64,000 nt of DNA from Eledone cirrhosa (Eukaryota), in NCBI GenBank assembly GCA_964016885.1, contig OZ024741.1, positions 15,934,001 to 15,998,000 on the forward strand, read 5' to 3'. Under the pieces are notes generated by a model that had not been told where the DNA came from, ran no database searches, and was given only the letters and a program-made list of their open reading frames with translations. The translations under genes were made by a program, and so were the position numbers. Of the stretch, positions 13,640 through 28,415 are shown in pieces. Positions within the stretch are counted from its first letter, which is position 1. Every line of letters begins with the position of its first letter.

Positions 13640-13823
13640 AGGGCGGTGAATTGGCAGTATCGGTAGAGGGTCAGACATGCTTTTCAGCATAATTACGTCC
13701 CTTTACGATCTGAGTTCAAATCCCACCGAGGTTAACTTTGCTTTTCATCCATACGGGGTCGATAAAATAAAGTACCAGTAATGTACTGGCTAATTGCTGT
13801 CCTTGTGCCAAAAGTAGAAACAA
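13640..13823 (+). mobile_element. tRNA-derived SINE (Nin/Deu-like domain)
   Basis: Box A-like TGGCAGTATCGG, box B GTTCAAATCC, central domain. Confidence 0.8.
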
Positions 13824-14689
13824 TTATTTTTACACTCTTTCCTACGTTCCTCTACACCCTATACGTCTCATTCTACATTTCCTCTCACATCTCTCTCATT
13901 ACCACCTGATTCTGTTACCCGGAGATTTACCCATCTGCATTGTTGAGGCTTCCAAAACAACCAATTTTATAATATTAGACATATCACAGACAAATACACA
14001 GACATCGTATATGGAAAATTTACCGATAGTAATTCACCGACAAACAATTTACCAATTAGCAAGAACTTAACAATAGATAAAAATATCATACCATACCATT
14101 AATCGTTTGTCATTTTAATAATCATTTTAACGTGTTATCAATGTCTTCCATATTTTAAAAAATAAATGATATGAGAAACAAATATTTACTTAATATTTTT
14201 AAGTTTTTATATTTTTAACCTAGATATTCCATTTAGAAGCAATAGGCTGTTCCATCCAATTTGGTTCATGAGTGAGAATTATTTTTTTAGCCATGGAAAC
14301 AAATAACATTTATAAAACAAATTCGGAGGCCATCTGGAATTTAATAAAGTGTTAGGAATATATTTATATACTTTATACACACGTGTTTTTCTCATAGGTC
14401 CTAAGAGTTCTTAATTGAGTGTCAGATTACTGCGGAAGTCCTTAGGAATATTGATTAAGGCATGGATTGCAAATACGGCGATTATGTTAGGTTGAGTGAC
14501 GACTCGACGGGGGATTGAACCCGTGTCGAGTAGTTGAATGATAAGCCAGTGATTGTGTGTGTGTGTGTGTGACAGCTCACACCTATGCAGGTTTAGCTGG
14601 CCTCCTCCAAGGTATATCTCGTTGGAAGTGTCTTGGGTTATTTAATGATAGGGACCCCAGTCCCTATCATCTCATTTCTACAACTGAGT

Positions 14690-14812
14690 AAACTTAAGCA
14701 ACGTGAAATAAAGTGTCTTGCTCAAGGAAACAACACACCACCCGATCCGAGAATTGAACTCACAGCCTTTCGATTGCAAGCCCAATGCTCTAACCACTAA
14801 GCCATGCGTCTT
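14690..14812 (-). mobile_element. CORE-type tRNA SINE (OR2-like)
   Basis: Reverse complement reads 'atggcttagtggttagagcattggg...gagttcaattctc...ccttgagcaagacactttatttc'. Confidence 0.75.
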
Positions 14813-15087
14813 GAATGGTAAGCCAGTGATTACGATCAACAATTAAAAGAACACGAAAAATTTATACAAGAGGGAGAGGTGGGAGTAGAATAGAGGTCAG
14901 TGTTGCAGCATATGTACAATTTTTATTGGCAATTTACAATATGTTTCGATGTCGATCAGCTCGGGGTGCACTGAAAATAACTGGTCCTGACTCTTCTTCG
15001 ACATCTCGTCAGATATACGAGTTTATATGTACAAAGGCACATGAAACTAACACACTCACTCACACGCACACATATATATATATATGC

Positions 15088-15152
<65 letters not shown>

Positions 15153-15193
15153 CGAAACATAAGTCAATTGCATGAACTCATAATCCTTTATTT

Positions 15194-15249
15194 ACTGCTA
15201 CATATATTTCGATGATAGCCATTGAATGGCTATGACCTCATCAGGCAGT
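15194..15249 (-). ncRNA. Type I hammerhead ribozyme
   Basis: actgc-CTGATGA-ggtcatagccattcaatggctatcatc-GAAA-tatatg-TA-gcagt; same family as 12873. Confidence 0.82.
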
Positions 15250-15649
15250 TAGTCAGTTCTTAGATATGCCAGCTCTGTGTTTATAGTGTTGATGGTATCA
15301 GACCCTTGGGACATATGAGCTTGTTAGGAATAATTTAATGTTGTCAGCAGGAATAGTCTTAATTCTCATTGGTCAGTTTTGTAGATGCTAGTAGGGTTGG
15401 TATTTGACCTCAAAGAGGCAGGTGGTGTTGTAAAGTTCAAACCGTCAGGCAAGATGACAATAGTTCCATATGACTGATTTTCACAAAAAAAAAAAAAAAT
15501 ATATATATATATTAGAAAGTGAGGTTTTTTTTACAAAATGAAAAATAACCGAGGTGTCCTACACGAGTGAAAGTATAAAAAAAAAAAGATGAAATCAAAA
15601 ATGCAACTGAAGTCTTATTTTTTAAAAAATATATATATTTATTTGGTTC

Positions 15650-15685
15650 CTTTACCGGTTTCGCAGTTCTTCTGCTTTTCAAAAG
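15650..15685 (-). ncRNA. Hammerhead-like motif with U3-A8 core
   Basis: ctt-TTGAAAA-gcag-aagaa-ctgc-GAAA-ccgg-TA-aag. Confidence 0.65.
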
Positions 15686-15730
15686 TAGAGTTGAGATGGA
15701 GGGCCTGTGGTTTATGTATGCATGTATATG

Positions 15731-15774
<44 letters not shown>

Positions 15775-15819
15775 GGGTTCAATCGGGGGTAACCAGAAGC
15801 CAGAAGCCATTTCTATATT

Positions 15820-15913
<94 letters not shown>

Positions 15914-15946
15914 CATGTGTATATGTGTATATATATATATATATAC

Positions 15947-16007
<61 letters not shown>

Positions 16008-16505
16008 AGGAAATTTCATCTGTAGAGCTTTGGTCAAATCAAGTTTATGCTATTATGCCTGACAATAATTGTCCACAGTTCTGGGAAACGAACATCTTGA
16101 CCAGAAACTCATATTTCCTGCCCGTTGATTCAATCCTCTTTTAGTAATCAAGAAATACATTTTTTCCCGTATAGGTCAATTGTAACCGACTTGACCTATG
16201 GTCGAATATGTTTCTATTTTATTGGTAGCTGGATTATATCGGGCCGTTTTAACCTTGATTCACCTCGTCCGTGGATGCCTTATGGAGTGTCCACTCTGTT
16301 ACAAGCATCCGGGCAGACAAGCTGTTTATCTGAGAAATAATTCCTTCCACACCTGCCTTAGAAATCCTAAACACAAATTCATGTACACTTCGTCCAGCGA
16401 GAGCACAAATCAGGCGAACACTCCATACATAGGAAGAAGCAGAGTGGGTATAGAGGAAAGTAATGACCAGACCGCGACACCTAGCAACCTCGGTTTTTAT
16501 ACCTT

Positions 16506-16558
<53 letters not shown>

Positions 16559-16698
16559 GATAACAAGTTATCGTTATAGGTAATCCAGTTAGAGGTTGTG
16601 AATACTCCGTATTGTGGATAGTTTTAGCGTGCGACGTTGTTTGACTCAACGTAAATAAAACCCTTCTTCTACTGTTGACCATGTTATTCTTTACTCTT

Positions 16699-16770
<72 letters not shown>

Positions 16771-16979
16771 GATTGGTGCTCTAAAATAGCGATGTATACA
16801 TGAATGTATCTATAGTATATTTGGCAATATACCGTATGTTTATTTTAAAACATTTAGAAGACCATACGCCATCAGTCTGTTTTACGCTGGTTGGCGTTCA
16901 TCAGAGCCACGTACTCTCCTGCTTTCGTCGAAAATTATAGAAGCTGGATTCTTATAGAATTCCAGTAATAATCAGCACT

Positions 16980-17041
<62 letters not shown>

Positions 17042-17174
17042 AGAGAGAGAGGGGGACTTAACAGACCATAGGTTTTCACTATAATCATACAAGAGTGGTA
17101 TCTTTCGGGTTGGTTTATTAATTTGTTGTGGAACTAACTCTATAACAAACTCGTCCTTTGGGCTGAGTGTGTGA

Positions 17175-17490
17175 AGAATCGTGGCTTAGTGGTTAGGATG
17201 TTTGACTCACGATCGTAAGGCTGTTTCCATTCTCAGACTCGGTGGTGCATTGTGTCCTGGAGCAAGACACTTTATTTTACGTTGCTCCAGTCTGCTCAGC
17301 TGGCAAAAATAAGTTACACATGCAATTCAGTAGGCTAGCCTTGTCACGTTCTGTGTCACACTGAATCTCGCAAAGAACTACGTTAACGATACACGTTTCT
17401 GTGGAATTCTCAGCCACTTACACGTTCCGGAGTAGGCAGTTCCGTTGATTAGATCAACTGGAGCCCTCATCGTCAGAAACGACGGAGAGC
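17175..17490 (+). mobile_element. CORE-type tRNA SINE (OR2-like), long form
   Basis: TGGCTTAGTGG box A, 'tgtgtcctggagcaagacactttattt' core and an extended 3' body. Confidence 0.75.
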
Positions 17491-18050
17491 CTTCATCTAA
17501 ATATGTGTGTGAGAGAGAGAGAGCCCTGTATATGTGTGTGTGTGAGTCTCCAGTGTATGTGTGTGTGTGTGTGTTTGAAGTTTGATTACATCAAAACCTA
17601 TAATTGTAAGTCACCAAGTACTTACGTATATGTCAATATGGTGATTTAGTAGTCAGGTAGAGGGGGTGGATAAGGGGAGGTAAGCAATAATGTAGTCGTA
17701 AGTGTCGGATTTCGGTCATACTCTCAGAAAATGTTTCTGAGATCAACAGGAGATCATAAAGCTGGTGCCAATTCCGAGATTATGTGACATTAAGTGAAAG
17801 TTGGATTAAGGTCCATCTGGGTATTGGCGCCACCTTTATGGCAGGTAACTTTGCTGAATGTTCCCGAAACATATTGCAGTTTTCTGTAGGTAAATAATAA
17901 ATACGAGGAAAAAACAGCGAACAAGATGGTTGTTTTTTTGTGAGAGATTTACTAACATCAATCAATGGTGGAATAGATAATGCACACACATTCAGCCTTC
18001 CTCAGTCTTTACCCAAACACAGGTAAACACATGTAGATACAGATACATAT

Positions 18051-18279
18051 ATACCGGGGTACTGAAACGTTCTTGGCCTTGGGTAAAAAAAATACAGGAT
18101 GATCAGTTAATTATGATTTTATTAACATATTATTCCTCTTTCAAATTCACTTACTGCAGCGGTCCTACCTTCCCTGTAAAGGTAACAGCTTAAATAGATA
18201 GCAGGAGAAGCGGGAGAACGGCATCGGACTGATGCTAAGACACCCTCGACCAGGAACTCTTCAGCCCCCCCCCCCTGTA
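18051..18279. mobile_element. Tc1/mariner-type MITE
   Basis: Imperfect terminal inverted repeats 'taccggggtactgaaacgttcttgg' and 'ccaggaactcttcagccccc...gta', with TA at both ends. Confidence 0.55.
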
Positions 18280-18719
18280 CACACACACACGTACACACAC
18301 ACACATATATATTTATATATATATATATATATAAGAAAAGGGAAGTAAGGTACAAAACAGTGGATATAGAGAAAAGGTGAAGTTGGAAATAGCACGGAAA
18401 ATATATTTAAGGGTCTGTTTTTCTTTTTTTATCCTTTCTTTGATTCGTCAAAGTGACATTGTTGAAAAGATGACATTGTTGTAAAGATGAGAGAGACTAT
18501 TCTTTTAAAAAAAGTTTTTTCCCTTTTTCTTGCTCAAAATTTGAGCAAGAAAAATGGAAAAAAACTTACTCCAACATTTGATTTTAATTTTAAATTTTAA
18601 ATTTTTAGTTTTTAACTCCTATTAATTATTTTTAGTGAAAATATATACTATTTTCAAAAATACACAGTGACTGATCGGCCATGTAGAGCGAAATTTTCTT
18701 TTTTATTTGAATTTGGCAA

Positions 18720-18851
18720 AGCCAGGCCCTTGCCATTCTGAGTTCAAATCCTGACGAGGTTAACTTTGCCTTTCATCCTTACGGGGTCGATAAAATAAAG
18801 TACCAGTAATGCACTGGGTTATTGCTGGCCTTGTGCCAAAAGTAGAAACAA
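18720..18851 (+). mobile_element. 5'-truncated tRNA SINE (Nin/Deu-like)
   Basis: Box B, central domain and tail. Confidence 0.8.
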
Positions 18852-19153
18852 TTATTAATATTCGAAAAACTCAGATTACATTTATTGTATGCAGCCATGT
18901 AGAGCGAAATATTCTTTTTTATATGTATAAATATATATATATATATATAGTATTAAGGATACTATTTATGGTTATGTATATACTAAAACTTTTTATAGTT
19001 ATATATATTTTAAACCCCAAACAGTGAAAGATAGTAATATATTACTACCTTATTACCAGTAAGATAAATAGCTCAATGTAATAACATCAGTTGTTCTACA
19101 GAGCAGTTATATAGAATTCACATGAATCAAAGTTCTGTTCAAACCATTTATTA

Positions 19154-19198
19154 GCTTACAATTGTTTCATCCAAACCGAGGTTTGGAGTCATCGGAGC
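19154..19198 (-). ncRNA. Hammerhead-like motif with U4C core
   Basis: gct-CCGATGA-ctccaaacc-tc-ggtttggat-GAAA-caattg-TA-agc. The inverted partner at 20045-20089 has GAGA instead of GAAA. Confidence 0.6.
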
Positions 19199-20125
19199 AA
19201 TTTTTCAATGTTTGTTTACATACATGACCTCCTTTCCAACACAAGAGACATACAGATATATATGTATATATTGATGCACAGTGGGGTGACATCCATTATA
19301 TTATTTTTGCATTATATTATTTTTTAATTTAGTTACAGAAATTAGCTAGTTACCTCTCCTCGCGCATTAACTCCCCTTAATCACACATACTTCCGGAAAA
19401 TAAAACTATGTAAATTCTCGCAACAAAAACAACCTGCTCTATAAAATTGGATTAAAGAACACTGAGCCGCAACAAGCTGTAATAATTTAACTTAATACAT
19501 CAAACATCCAATACTGAATCATCGTTAATTATGTGAAGGACATATAAACTATATATTACGTTTCCTGAATTGTGAAAATGGTGGTGTATACAAAACCATA
19601 ACATTATTTTGCTTCTCATTTATAATATTTCTCTGCACACAAGCTTCTTTATCATACACAAAAAATACTTTACCACTACAACCTCCATAATACTCTTGAT
19701 TACCCACTTAAAGTGCTTGTATTGCATATAACACCTTGCCGCACAATAATCATATATAAATAAGACACACGTGCATGCCCCACGTGTAACTATTGCATAC
19801 AATAACTACTACAACTGACTAACAAACTATCCTCTTGCATTATCTTCGTAAACTGCCGATGTTGTATTTTAATTTTAATTTTGCTTTGATTCTGTTTTAA
19901 TATGATTTTAATTTTTGAATTTAAATTGCCATTCAGAAATAATATAATGGATGTCACCCCACTGTGCATCAATATATACATATGTATCTGTATGTCTCTT
20001 GTGTTGGGAAGGAGGTCATGTATGTAAACAAACATTGAAAAATTGCTCCGATGACTCCAAACCTCGGTTTGGATGAGACAATTGTAAGCTAATAAATGGT
20101 TTGAACAGAACTTTGATTTATGTGA

Positions 20126-20177
<52 letters not shown>

Positions 20178-20399
20178 GCCATTATTGAATATCGTTACTC
20201 TAGTTCACCCGTTCTATATTGAGGGTGTGAGGTTGGACCCCATTTTCCAAGTACATTTTTCAAGTTATCCTGGCATTTAATAAAATTTGAAGGGTATGTA
20301 GGTTGATTGGTGGGGATTAACAGTGTAAGGGACGCATGTGTAGACATGTGGTTGGGTGGATTGGGTCTGGTTTTCATCTTAATTCCATATGATATGATC

Positions 20400-20630
20400 C
20401 TCAGCCCCTCACAACCGCCACACCCCTCACAACCCCTCACACCCCTCAAGGCCCCCTCAACCCCTCATACCTTCACACCCCTCACGCCCCCTCACTCACA
20501 CCCCTCACGCCCCCTCATACCCTCATACCTCTCACAGTCCCTCACAACTCCCTCGCCACCTCACCCCCTCATAGCCCTCACACCCTTCACCCTCAATACT
20601 CCCTCACCCCCATCACCCCCTCACTCCCCT
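20400..20630. repeat. C-rich degenerate (CCCCTCA)-like minisatellite
   Basis: Repeated 'cccctca' units. Confidence 0.8.
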
Positions 20631-20690
20631 CCGTTTGATTTTTTATATCCCTTTCGTTTCTGTTCTCTCCATGTTTATTTATTTATATAT

Positions 20691-20789
<99 letters not shown>

Positions 20790-20791
20790 TG

Positions 20792-20849
<58 letters not shown>

Positions 20850-20968
20850 AATATATATAAATATATATATACAAATATATATATATATTTACACATACAT
20901 GTTTATATATATAAACTTATATATATATACATATATATATATACATATATACACACATAAACACACAC

Positions 20969-21017
<49 letters not shown>

Positions 21018-21060
21018 TATATATATATATTTATACACACCACATATATATATATATACA

Positions 21061-21099
<39 letters not shown>

Positions 21100-21169
21100 T
21101 CTCCGTGAAATGTAAGACTAATTAATGTTTAATTAAATTTCTTTCACCCAAATATCTCCTTCTACGCAC

Positions 21170-21556
21170 AATCACACCTCCATCACCACCACCACCACCT
21201 CCATCACCAACACCATCACCACCACCACCATCACCTCCATCACCACCACCACCACCATCACCTCCATCACCACCACCACCACCACCACCACCACCATCAC
21301 CTCCATCACCACCACCACCATCACCTCCATCACCACCACCACCACCATCACCTCCATCACCACCACCACCACCACCACCATCACCTCCATCACCACCACC
21401 ACCATCATCACCTCCATCACCTCCACCATCACCATCACCATCATCACCATCATCATCATCACCATCACCACCACCATCACTATCATCATCACCATCACCA
21501 TCACCACCATCGTCATCACCACCATCATCATCACCATCACCATCACCACCACCATC

Positions 21557-21587
<31 letters not shown>

Positions 21588-21600
21588 CCATCATAACCAC
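21170..21600. repeat. (CAC/CAT)n compound trinucleotide repeat
   Basis: Visible directly; it yields the spurious G/D-rich and M/V-rich ORFs. Confidence 0.9.
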
Positions 21601-21923
21601 CTTCCATCCCCGCCAAATCCATTACAGTTTCTCCTAACGAAGCCGGTAGTTTGCTTTGCTAGAAATAGCAGCCAAATTCCCATCAATCCACATACACTGT
21701 TTTAGAATTAGTCCCATTAAATAATGTAACACTGGTTAGACTTTGCCATAAAGTACAGCATGGTCATGGCTGGAAGGCTTTATATCATAGGAAGGCTCAG
21801 GGCTGACCTGGGGTTAAATAGTAGCAGCAACAACAACGACAACAACGACGTTTACTATGGCAACATATATATATATATAAATTAATCAATCATTGACTTT
21901 ACGCTAATGTATATATATATATC

Positions 21924-21969
<46 letters not shown>

Positions 21970-22122
21970 CATACATATATATACAAATATATATATATGC
22001 ATACATATATAAATACATATATATTTATATATGTATACACGTATACACATAAATATACATACATATATATACATATAAATATACATACATATATATGCAT
22101 ATAAATATACATACATATATAT

Positions 22123-22212
<90 letters not shown>

Positions 22213-22562
22213 GTATACATAGATAGATATATTTAGTTGGGGTTATGTATGGATATATGCATGTATGTATGTGTATATATATATATATGTATGTACGTAT
22301 GTCTGTATGCATGTAGGTGTGTGTGTGTATGGTGTGGTGTGGTGTGGTGTAGTGTCGGGGGGGGGGGCGGATCTGGAGAGTTTTCTTGGTACAAATACCT
22401 ACTTATTAAACGGTTCTAGTTAATGAGATCCAGAAGATTGCACAGTCTCATGGCAAATATCATTTAGAAGTGATTTAGAAATGAAATCAAATCCAACATG
22501 ATCTCTACAGCTTTCACTGAATTAACATTAACAGCTACGGGCAGAAACATACTGCTTTATTG

Positions 22563-22649
<87 letters not shown>

Positions 22650-22704
22650 ATGTAAAATAAAGTAAATTAAAAAGTCAAATGTTTAAAATTTAGCTTCGTT
22701 TATT

Positions 22705-22759
22705 ACTGCTATATATATTTCGGTGACAGCCATCTTTGGCTGTGACCTCTTCAGGCAGT
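22705..22759 (-). ncRNA. Type I hammerhead ribozyme
   Basis: actgc-CTGAAGA-ggtcacagcca-aaga-tggctgtcacc-GAAA-tatata-TA-gcagt. Confidence 0.85.
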
Positions 22760-22953
22760 TTGAATTAGTGTGGTATAGACAATTACATATGTTGTTGAGG
22801 TGTATAATTTTGTCAATACTCTGATAAACTGCAATCATATGATTCCAGTTCCTCAGTGAAATAAGAACCCAACCAGGAACTGGGCATATCAGAGTATTGA
22901 CAAAATTATACACCTCAACAACATATGTACTTGTCTATACCACACTAATTCGG

Positions 22954-23008
22954 ACTGCCTGAAGAGGTCACAGCCAAAGATGGCTGTCACTGAAATATAT
23001 ATAGCAGT
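22954..23008 (+). ncRNA. Type I hammerhead ribozyme (inverted partner of 22705)
   Basis: actgc-CTGAAGA-ggtcacagcca-aaga-tggctgtcact-GAAA-tatata-TA-gcagt. Confidence 0.82.
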
Positions 23009-23154
23009 AATAAACGAAGCTAAATTTTAAACATTTGACTTTTTATTTTACTTTATTTTACATTACTCCGGAGTAACCAAACCAACCTGCGCACTTCGTC
23101 GAGTGCTCCAGCCTGCATACTGAGGTGTGGTATACAACCAACATATACTCAAAA

Positions 23155-23205
<51 letters not shown>

Positions 23206-23521
23206 ACTTATATATTATGAAATACTGTTGGCTTCACGCTCACAATAATTTCTATACTTTCATTTATAATTTCTATACTTTCATTTAAGATCCCGTTAAG
23301 GGTGAAAGCAGCGATTCTTTTCTTAAACTTTAATCTGTTATTTTAATAAATATTTGCTCTACGGTTCTTATATATTTGATATATATTTATCCTTATCGAG
23401 CCCTCCCCTCTTTGGATTTTAGTCTTTATATTTATTATTATTACTATATATATATATGTGTGTGTGTGTGGATATAAATATACCTATGAACTATATATAT
23501 ACATAGGTATACGTATACACG

Positions 23522-23583
<62 letters not shown>

Positions 23584-23694
23584 TGTAAATAAATATATAT
23601 TTATTTATATTCATATATATTCATATTTATATATATATATATATAAGTTAAAACAATGAAATAAAAAATCAAGTCATTAGAGATATACTTCACT

Positions 23695-23828
23695 GCTTTA
23701 CGATCGTTTCTAGATGATGATAATACATTGTAGTTATACTTCGTTATTGATGTATGTAAGGTTAGTTACAAAATATCAGATAAAGAGAATATTTACTTAC
23801 ATGCATATCACCAGCTGTTTTCAAAAGC
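23695..23828 (-). ncRNA. Hammerhead-like motif with U3-A8 core and extended stem II
   Basis: gctt-TTGAAAA-acagctggtgat...atcatcatcta-GAAA-cgatcg-TA-aagc. Confidence 0.55.
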
Positions 23829-24173
23829 AATAATAAATTATTATATATAACTACAATGTATTATCATCATCTAGAAACGATCGTAAAGCAGTGAAGTATA
23901 TCTCTAATGACTTGATTTTTTATTTCATTGTTTTAACTTATATCATGACTCTTTTCCTTTTAATGTTTAATTGTTTTCCGAGATTTATCTTAACCTACAA
24001 CATTTTCAACATATGGATTACATCGAGTTCTTCATGCAGAATAGACCCCACAACTTACTATGGATACCTCTGTATATATATATATATATATAATATATAT
24101 ATATGAATATATATGAATATATACATATATAATTATAATATATATATATACATACATATATATATATATATAA

Positions 24174-24366
24174 TGGTTTCTATTATATATTTTGGGGGAG
24201 GGGAACGTCGATTAAATCGACCCCAGTGCGTGACTAGTGCTTTATTTTATAGGTTGAAAGGCAAAGTTAACCTCGGCGGGATTTGAACTCAGATCATAAA
24301 GGGGCGTAACTCTATTGCAAAGCATGGCGTCCGACCCTCTACCGATACTGCCAATCCACCACCCTT
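24174..24366 (-). mobile_element. tRNA-derived SINE (Nin/Deu-like)
   Basis: Reverse complement of the 57528 copy, with an internal deletion. Confidence 0.8.
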
Positions 24367-24579
24367 ATATATATATATATATATATATATAACGAAGGAA
24401 ATGTGGTAAGGAACCAGGTGGACCATAACGCACCAAAGTACTCAATACTTGAGGTAGTAGAGTGGGTAATAGGAACCAGTAAGACCCCGACAGCTGAGCT
24501 CAAGCCGTTTCGACGGCTAATTCTGGACAGAATTAGCCGTCGAAACGGCTTGAGCTCAGCTGTCGGGGTCTTACTGGTT

Positions 24580-24650
<71 letters not shown>

Positions 24651-24656
24651 ATATTA

Positions 24657-24813
<157 letters not shown>

Positions 24814-24872
24814 AATGTTACTAGTTAAAATCGGTAACACCATTATTCAAATTAGTACTCAATACTTAAGAA

Positions 24873-24914
<42 letters not shown>

Positions 24915-25920
24915 GGGGGAGGGAAGGGCCATCAAATTATTGTGCGTTTTCAATCAAAGAAAAAAAATCAAAATGACCACGAGGACAAATTATAATACTC
25001 AGGCACGGGAAAAACAGCTGCATCCGTAGTTTATAAGGCTCTAGCCTCTACAACACACACACACACATATACACACACACATACATATACACACACACGC
25101 GCGCGCACACACGTACGCACACTGCACACACACACACATATATATGTATGTATGTGTATTAGCAAATGAGGTTGTTTTTTTCAAAATGAAAAAAAACAGA
25201 TGTCCTACACGAGTGAAAGTATATGGAAAAAAGATGAAATCGAAAATGCAACTGGAGTCTTTTTAAGAATATTTATTTGGTTCCTTTACCGAGTTCGTAG
25301 TTCTTGTGCAAAAGTAGAATTGAGAATGAGGGTTTGTGGTTTTTCTCGCATCTGTATATATATATATATTAAAATAACAGATTAAGGTATAAGCAAAGAA
25401 TCGCTGCTTTCACCCTTAACGGGATCGTCTGAACTAAAAAATATCAACTTGTGAACGCAGAAGTAAATATTTCGAAAAACGTTGCAACCGAAGGAAAACA
25501 GGAAGACGATACTTCAGAAGTTTTAGATATGTCTTCCTGTTAGGTACGGGTATGTTCTTTGTAGAAATATTCAGGTGTTCTTTCTGAGTGCTCAACCGAG
25601 GGAGTGCTCAACCGAGGTAGCCAAATAGTAATAATAATAAATGTGAAGATTAAATCCAAAGAGGGCTCGATAAGGATAAATATTTATCAAATATATAAGA
25701 ACCCTAGAACAAATATTTATTAAACTAACAGTTTTTCAAAATATTTACTTCTGCGTTCACAGATTGATTTTTTTTTAGTTTCAGAAGATCCCGTTAAGGG
25801 TGAAAGCAGGGATTCTTTGCTTAAACTATAATCTGTTATTTTAATAAAATATCTCTAGGGTTCTTAGATATTTGATATATATTTATCCTTATCGAGACCT
25901 CTTTGGATTTTAGTCTTAAC

Positions 25921-25979
<59 letters not shown>

Positions 25980-26017
25980 GATGTGAGATAAACCACAGAC
26001 CCTCCATCTCAACTCTA

Positions 26018-26053
26018 CTTTTGAAAAGCAAAAGAACTGCGAAACCGGTAAAG
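26018..26053 (+). ncRNA. Hammerhead-like motif with U3-A8 core
   Basis: ctt-TTGAAAA-gca-aaagaac-tgc-GAAA-ccgg-TA-aag; same family as 15650. Confidence 0.6.
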
Positions 26054-26120
26054 GAACCAAATAAATATATATATTTTTTTAAATAAGACTCCAGTTGCAT
26101 TTTCGATTTCATCTTTTTTT

Positions 26121-26212
<92 letters not shown>

Positions 26213-26214
<2 letters not shown>

Positions 26215-26855
26215 GACGTAAAATAAGAAAATTTTAAAAAGAATTTAAAAAATTAACTTACTTACTAAAATTTTCACTCCAACTAATTAGTTTCTGCAAT
26301 GGGATAAAGACAGTTACGTAATATAACCGTCGAGAATTCATTGCGTCATCAGGGAGTCTATTCTCAGCTAAGTCTCCAGGCAATGCGCGGACACCGGGGA
26401 CTCATATAAAAATAATAATAATTCGGTAGATGGAACAGCTAGCGGGGACTGGATTCCATGCACTGAAAAGCTCGCTGTCTCTGGTCAAATGGCAGATTCT
26501 AAAGAATCAATCACGTGACACTGAGGCTAGTCGGTAGGAGTGGGATGGTAAGATGACAGAAGCCTACTACCACACCAATAAATTAGTAGTGGTTTTGGCA
26601 GGTTTGCTCAACAAATAAATAATTTGGAGATAAATATAGAGAATTTAGTATATCTACTAACATATGCGTACAGATGTACGCTAATGCTAGCAAATACATA
26701 AGTTATGTCATAGTACCTAGGTGGTTCAATGCAGGAGGATGCAGAACAATAATATAAAAGACGTAAAATAAGAAAATTTTAAAAAGAATTTAAAAAATTA
26801 ACTTACTTACTAAAATTTTCACTCCAACTAATTAGTTTCTGCAATGGGATAAAGA
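26213..26855 (-). mobile_element. Retrozyme-like non-coding element with a 545-bp terminal direct-repeat period
   Basis: ~98 bp direct repeats at 26213 and 26758, a full HHR at 26276-26357 and (TA)n on both sides. Confidence 0.7.
26276..26357 (-). ncRNA. Type I hammerhead ribozyme
   Basis: actcc-CTGATGA-c-gcaatg...cattgc-a-GAAA-ctaattag-TT-ggagt. Confidence 0.75.
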
Positions 26856-26873
26856 TGTATAAATATATATGTA

Positions 26874-26911
<38 letters not shown>

Positions 26912-26917
26912 TATGTA

Positions 26918-27075
<158 letters not shown>

Positions 27076-27264
27076 AAAAGAGTCAGGACCCCAACGACTT
27101 AGCTCCGGCCGTTTCGACAGCTAGGAGTTCGGATCTGGCTGATGAAACGGTCGGAGCTCAGCCGTCGGGGTTTTGACTCTTTTGCTATTACCCACTCTAC
27201 TACCCTAAGTTTCAAGTACTCTGGTGCGTTATATTCCACCTGGTTTCTTACCATGCTTTCTTTG

Positions 27265-27335
<71 letters not shown>

Positions 27336-27841
27336 GCAATAATAATAAATGTGAAGGCAAAAATCGAAAGAGGGCTCGATAAGTATAATATATATATAAA
27401 TATATATAAAAACCGTAGAGCAAATATATATTAAAATAACAGATTAAAGTTTAAGCAAAGAATCGCTGCTTTCTCCCTTAACGGCATCTTCTGAAACTGA
27501 AGATCCCGTTAAGGGTGAAAGCAGTGATTCTTTGCTTAAACTTTAATCTGTTATTTTAATATATATATATATATATTAAGAGAGAATAACCAATTTAGAC
27601 TTATAACATGATTTTACTGTACGTATTGTTAAACCCCAGTACAACCTAACACACACACACACTATATATATATATATACATGTATGCATGTATGTGTATG
27701 TATATATATATAAATATACATGCGTGCATGTGTGTCTTTATATATATATTAAAATTAAGAGAGAAAAGAACTCTAATTATTGGAGTACAAACAAGATAGA
27801 CTAAAATGTAATCTATCTAACCTCACTTAGATGTCCCTACC

Positions 27842-27918
<77 letters not shown>

Positions 27919-28167
27919 CATGTATGTATGTATATGTATATATATATGTATATGTATATAAATATACATCTGTGCATGTGTGTCTTTATATATATATTAA
28001 AATTAAGGGAGAAAAAAACTCTAATTATTGGACTCCAATAATTAGAGTTTTTTTCTCTATTAATTTTAACATATATATAAAGACACACATGTATATTTAT
28101 ATATATACATACACACACATGCACACATATATATATAAATATATATATATACACACATAGGCACACA

Positions 28168-28227
<60 letters not shown>

Positions 28228-28232
<5 letters not shown>

Positions 28233-28415
28233 GGTGGATTGGTAGTATCGCTAGAGGGTCGGACGCCATGCTTTGCAGCAAAGAGTTACGGCCCTTGCCA
28301 TTCTGAGTTCAAATCCCGCCGAGGTTAACTTTGCCTTTCATCCTTACGGGGTCGATAAAATAAAGTACCAGTAATGTACTAGGTAATTGCTGGCCTTGTG
28401 ATAAAAGTAGAAACA
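28228..28415 (+). mobile_element. tRNA-derived SINE (Nin/Deu-like)
   Basis: Head, box B, central domain and tail all present. Confidence 0.8.

Noticed and set aside
21122-21622. Gly/Asp-rich 166-aa ORF
   Set aside because: It is a (CAC/CAT)n trinucleotide tract open in several frames, with no splice or homology support.
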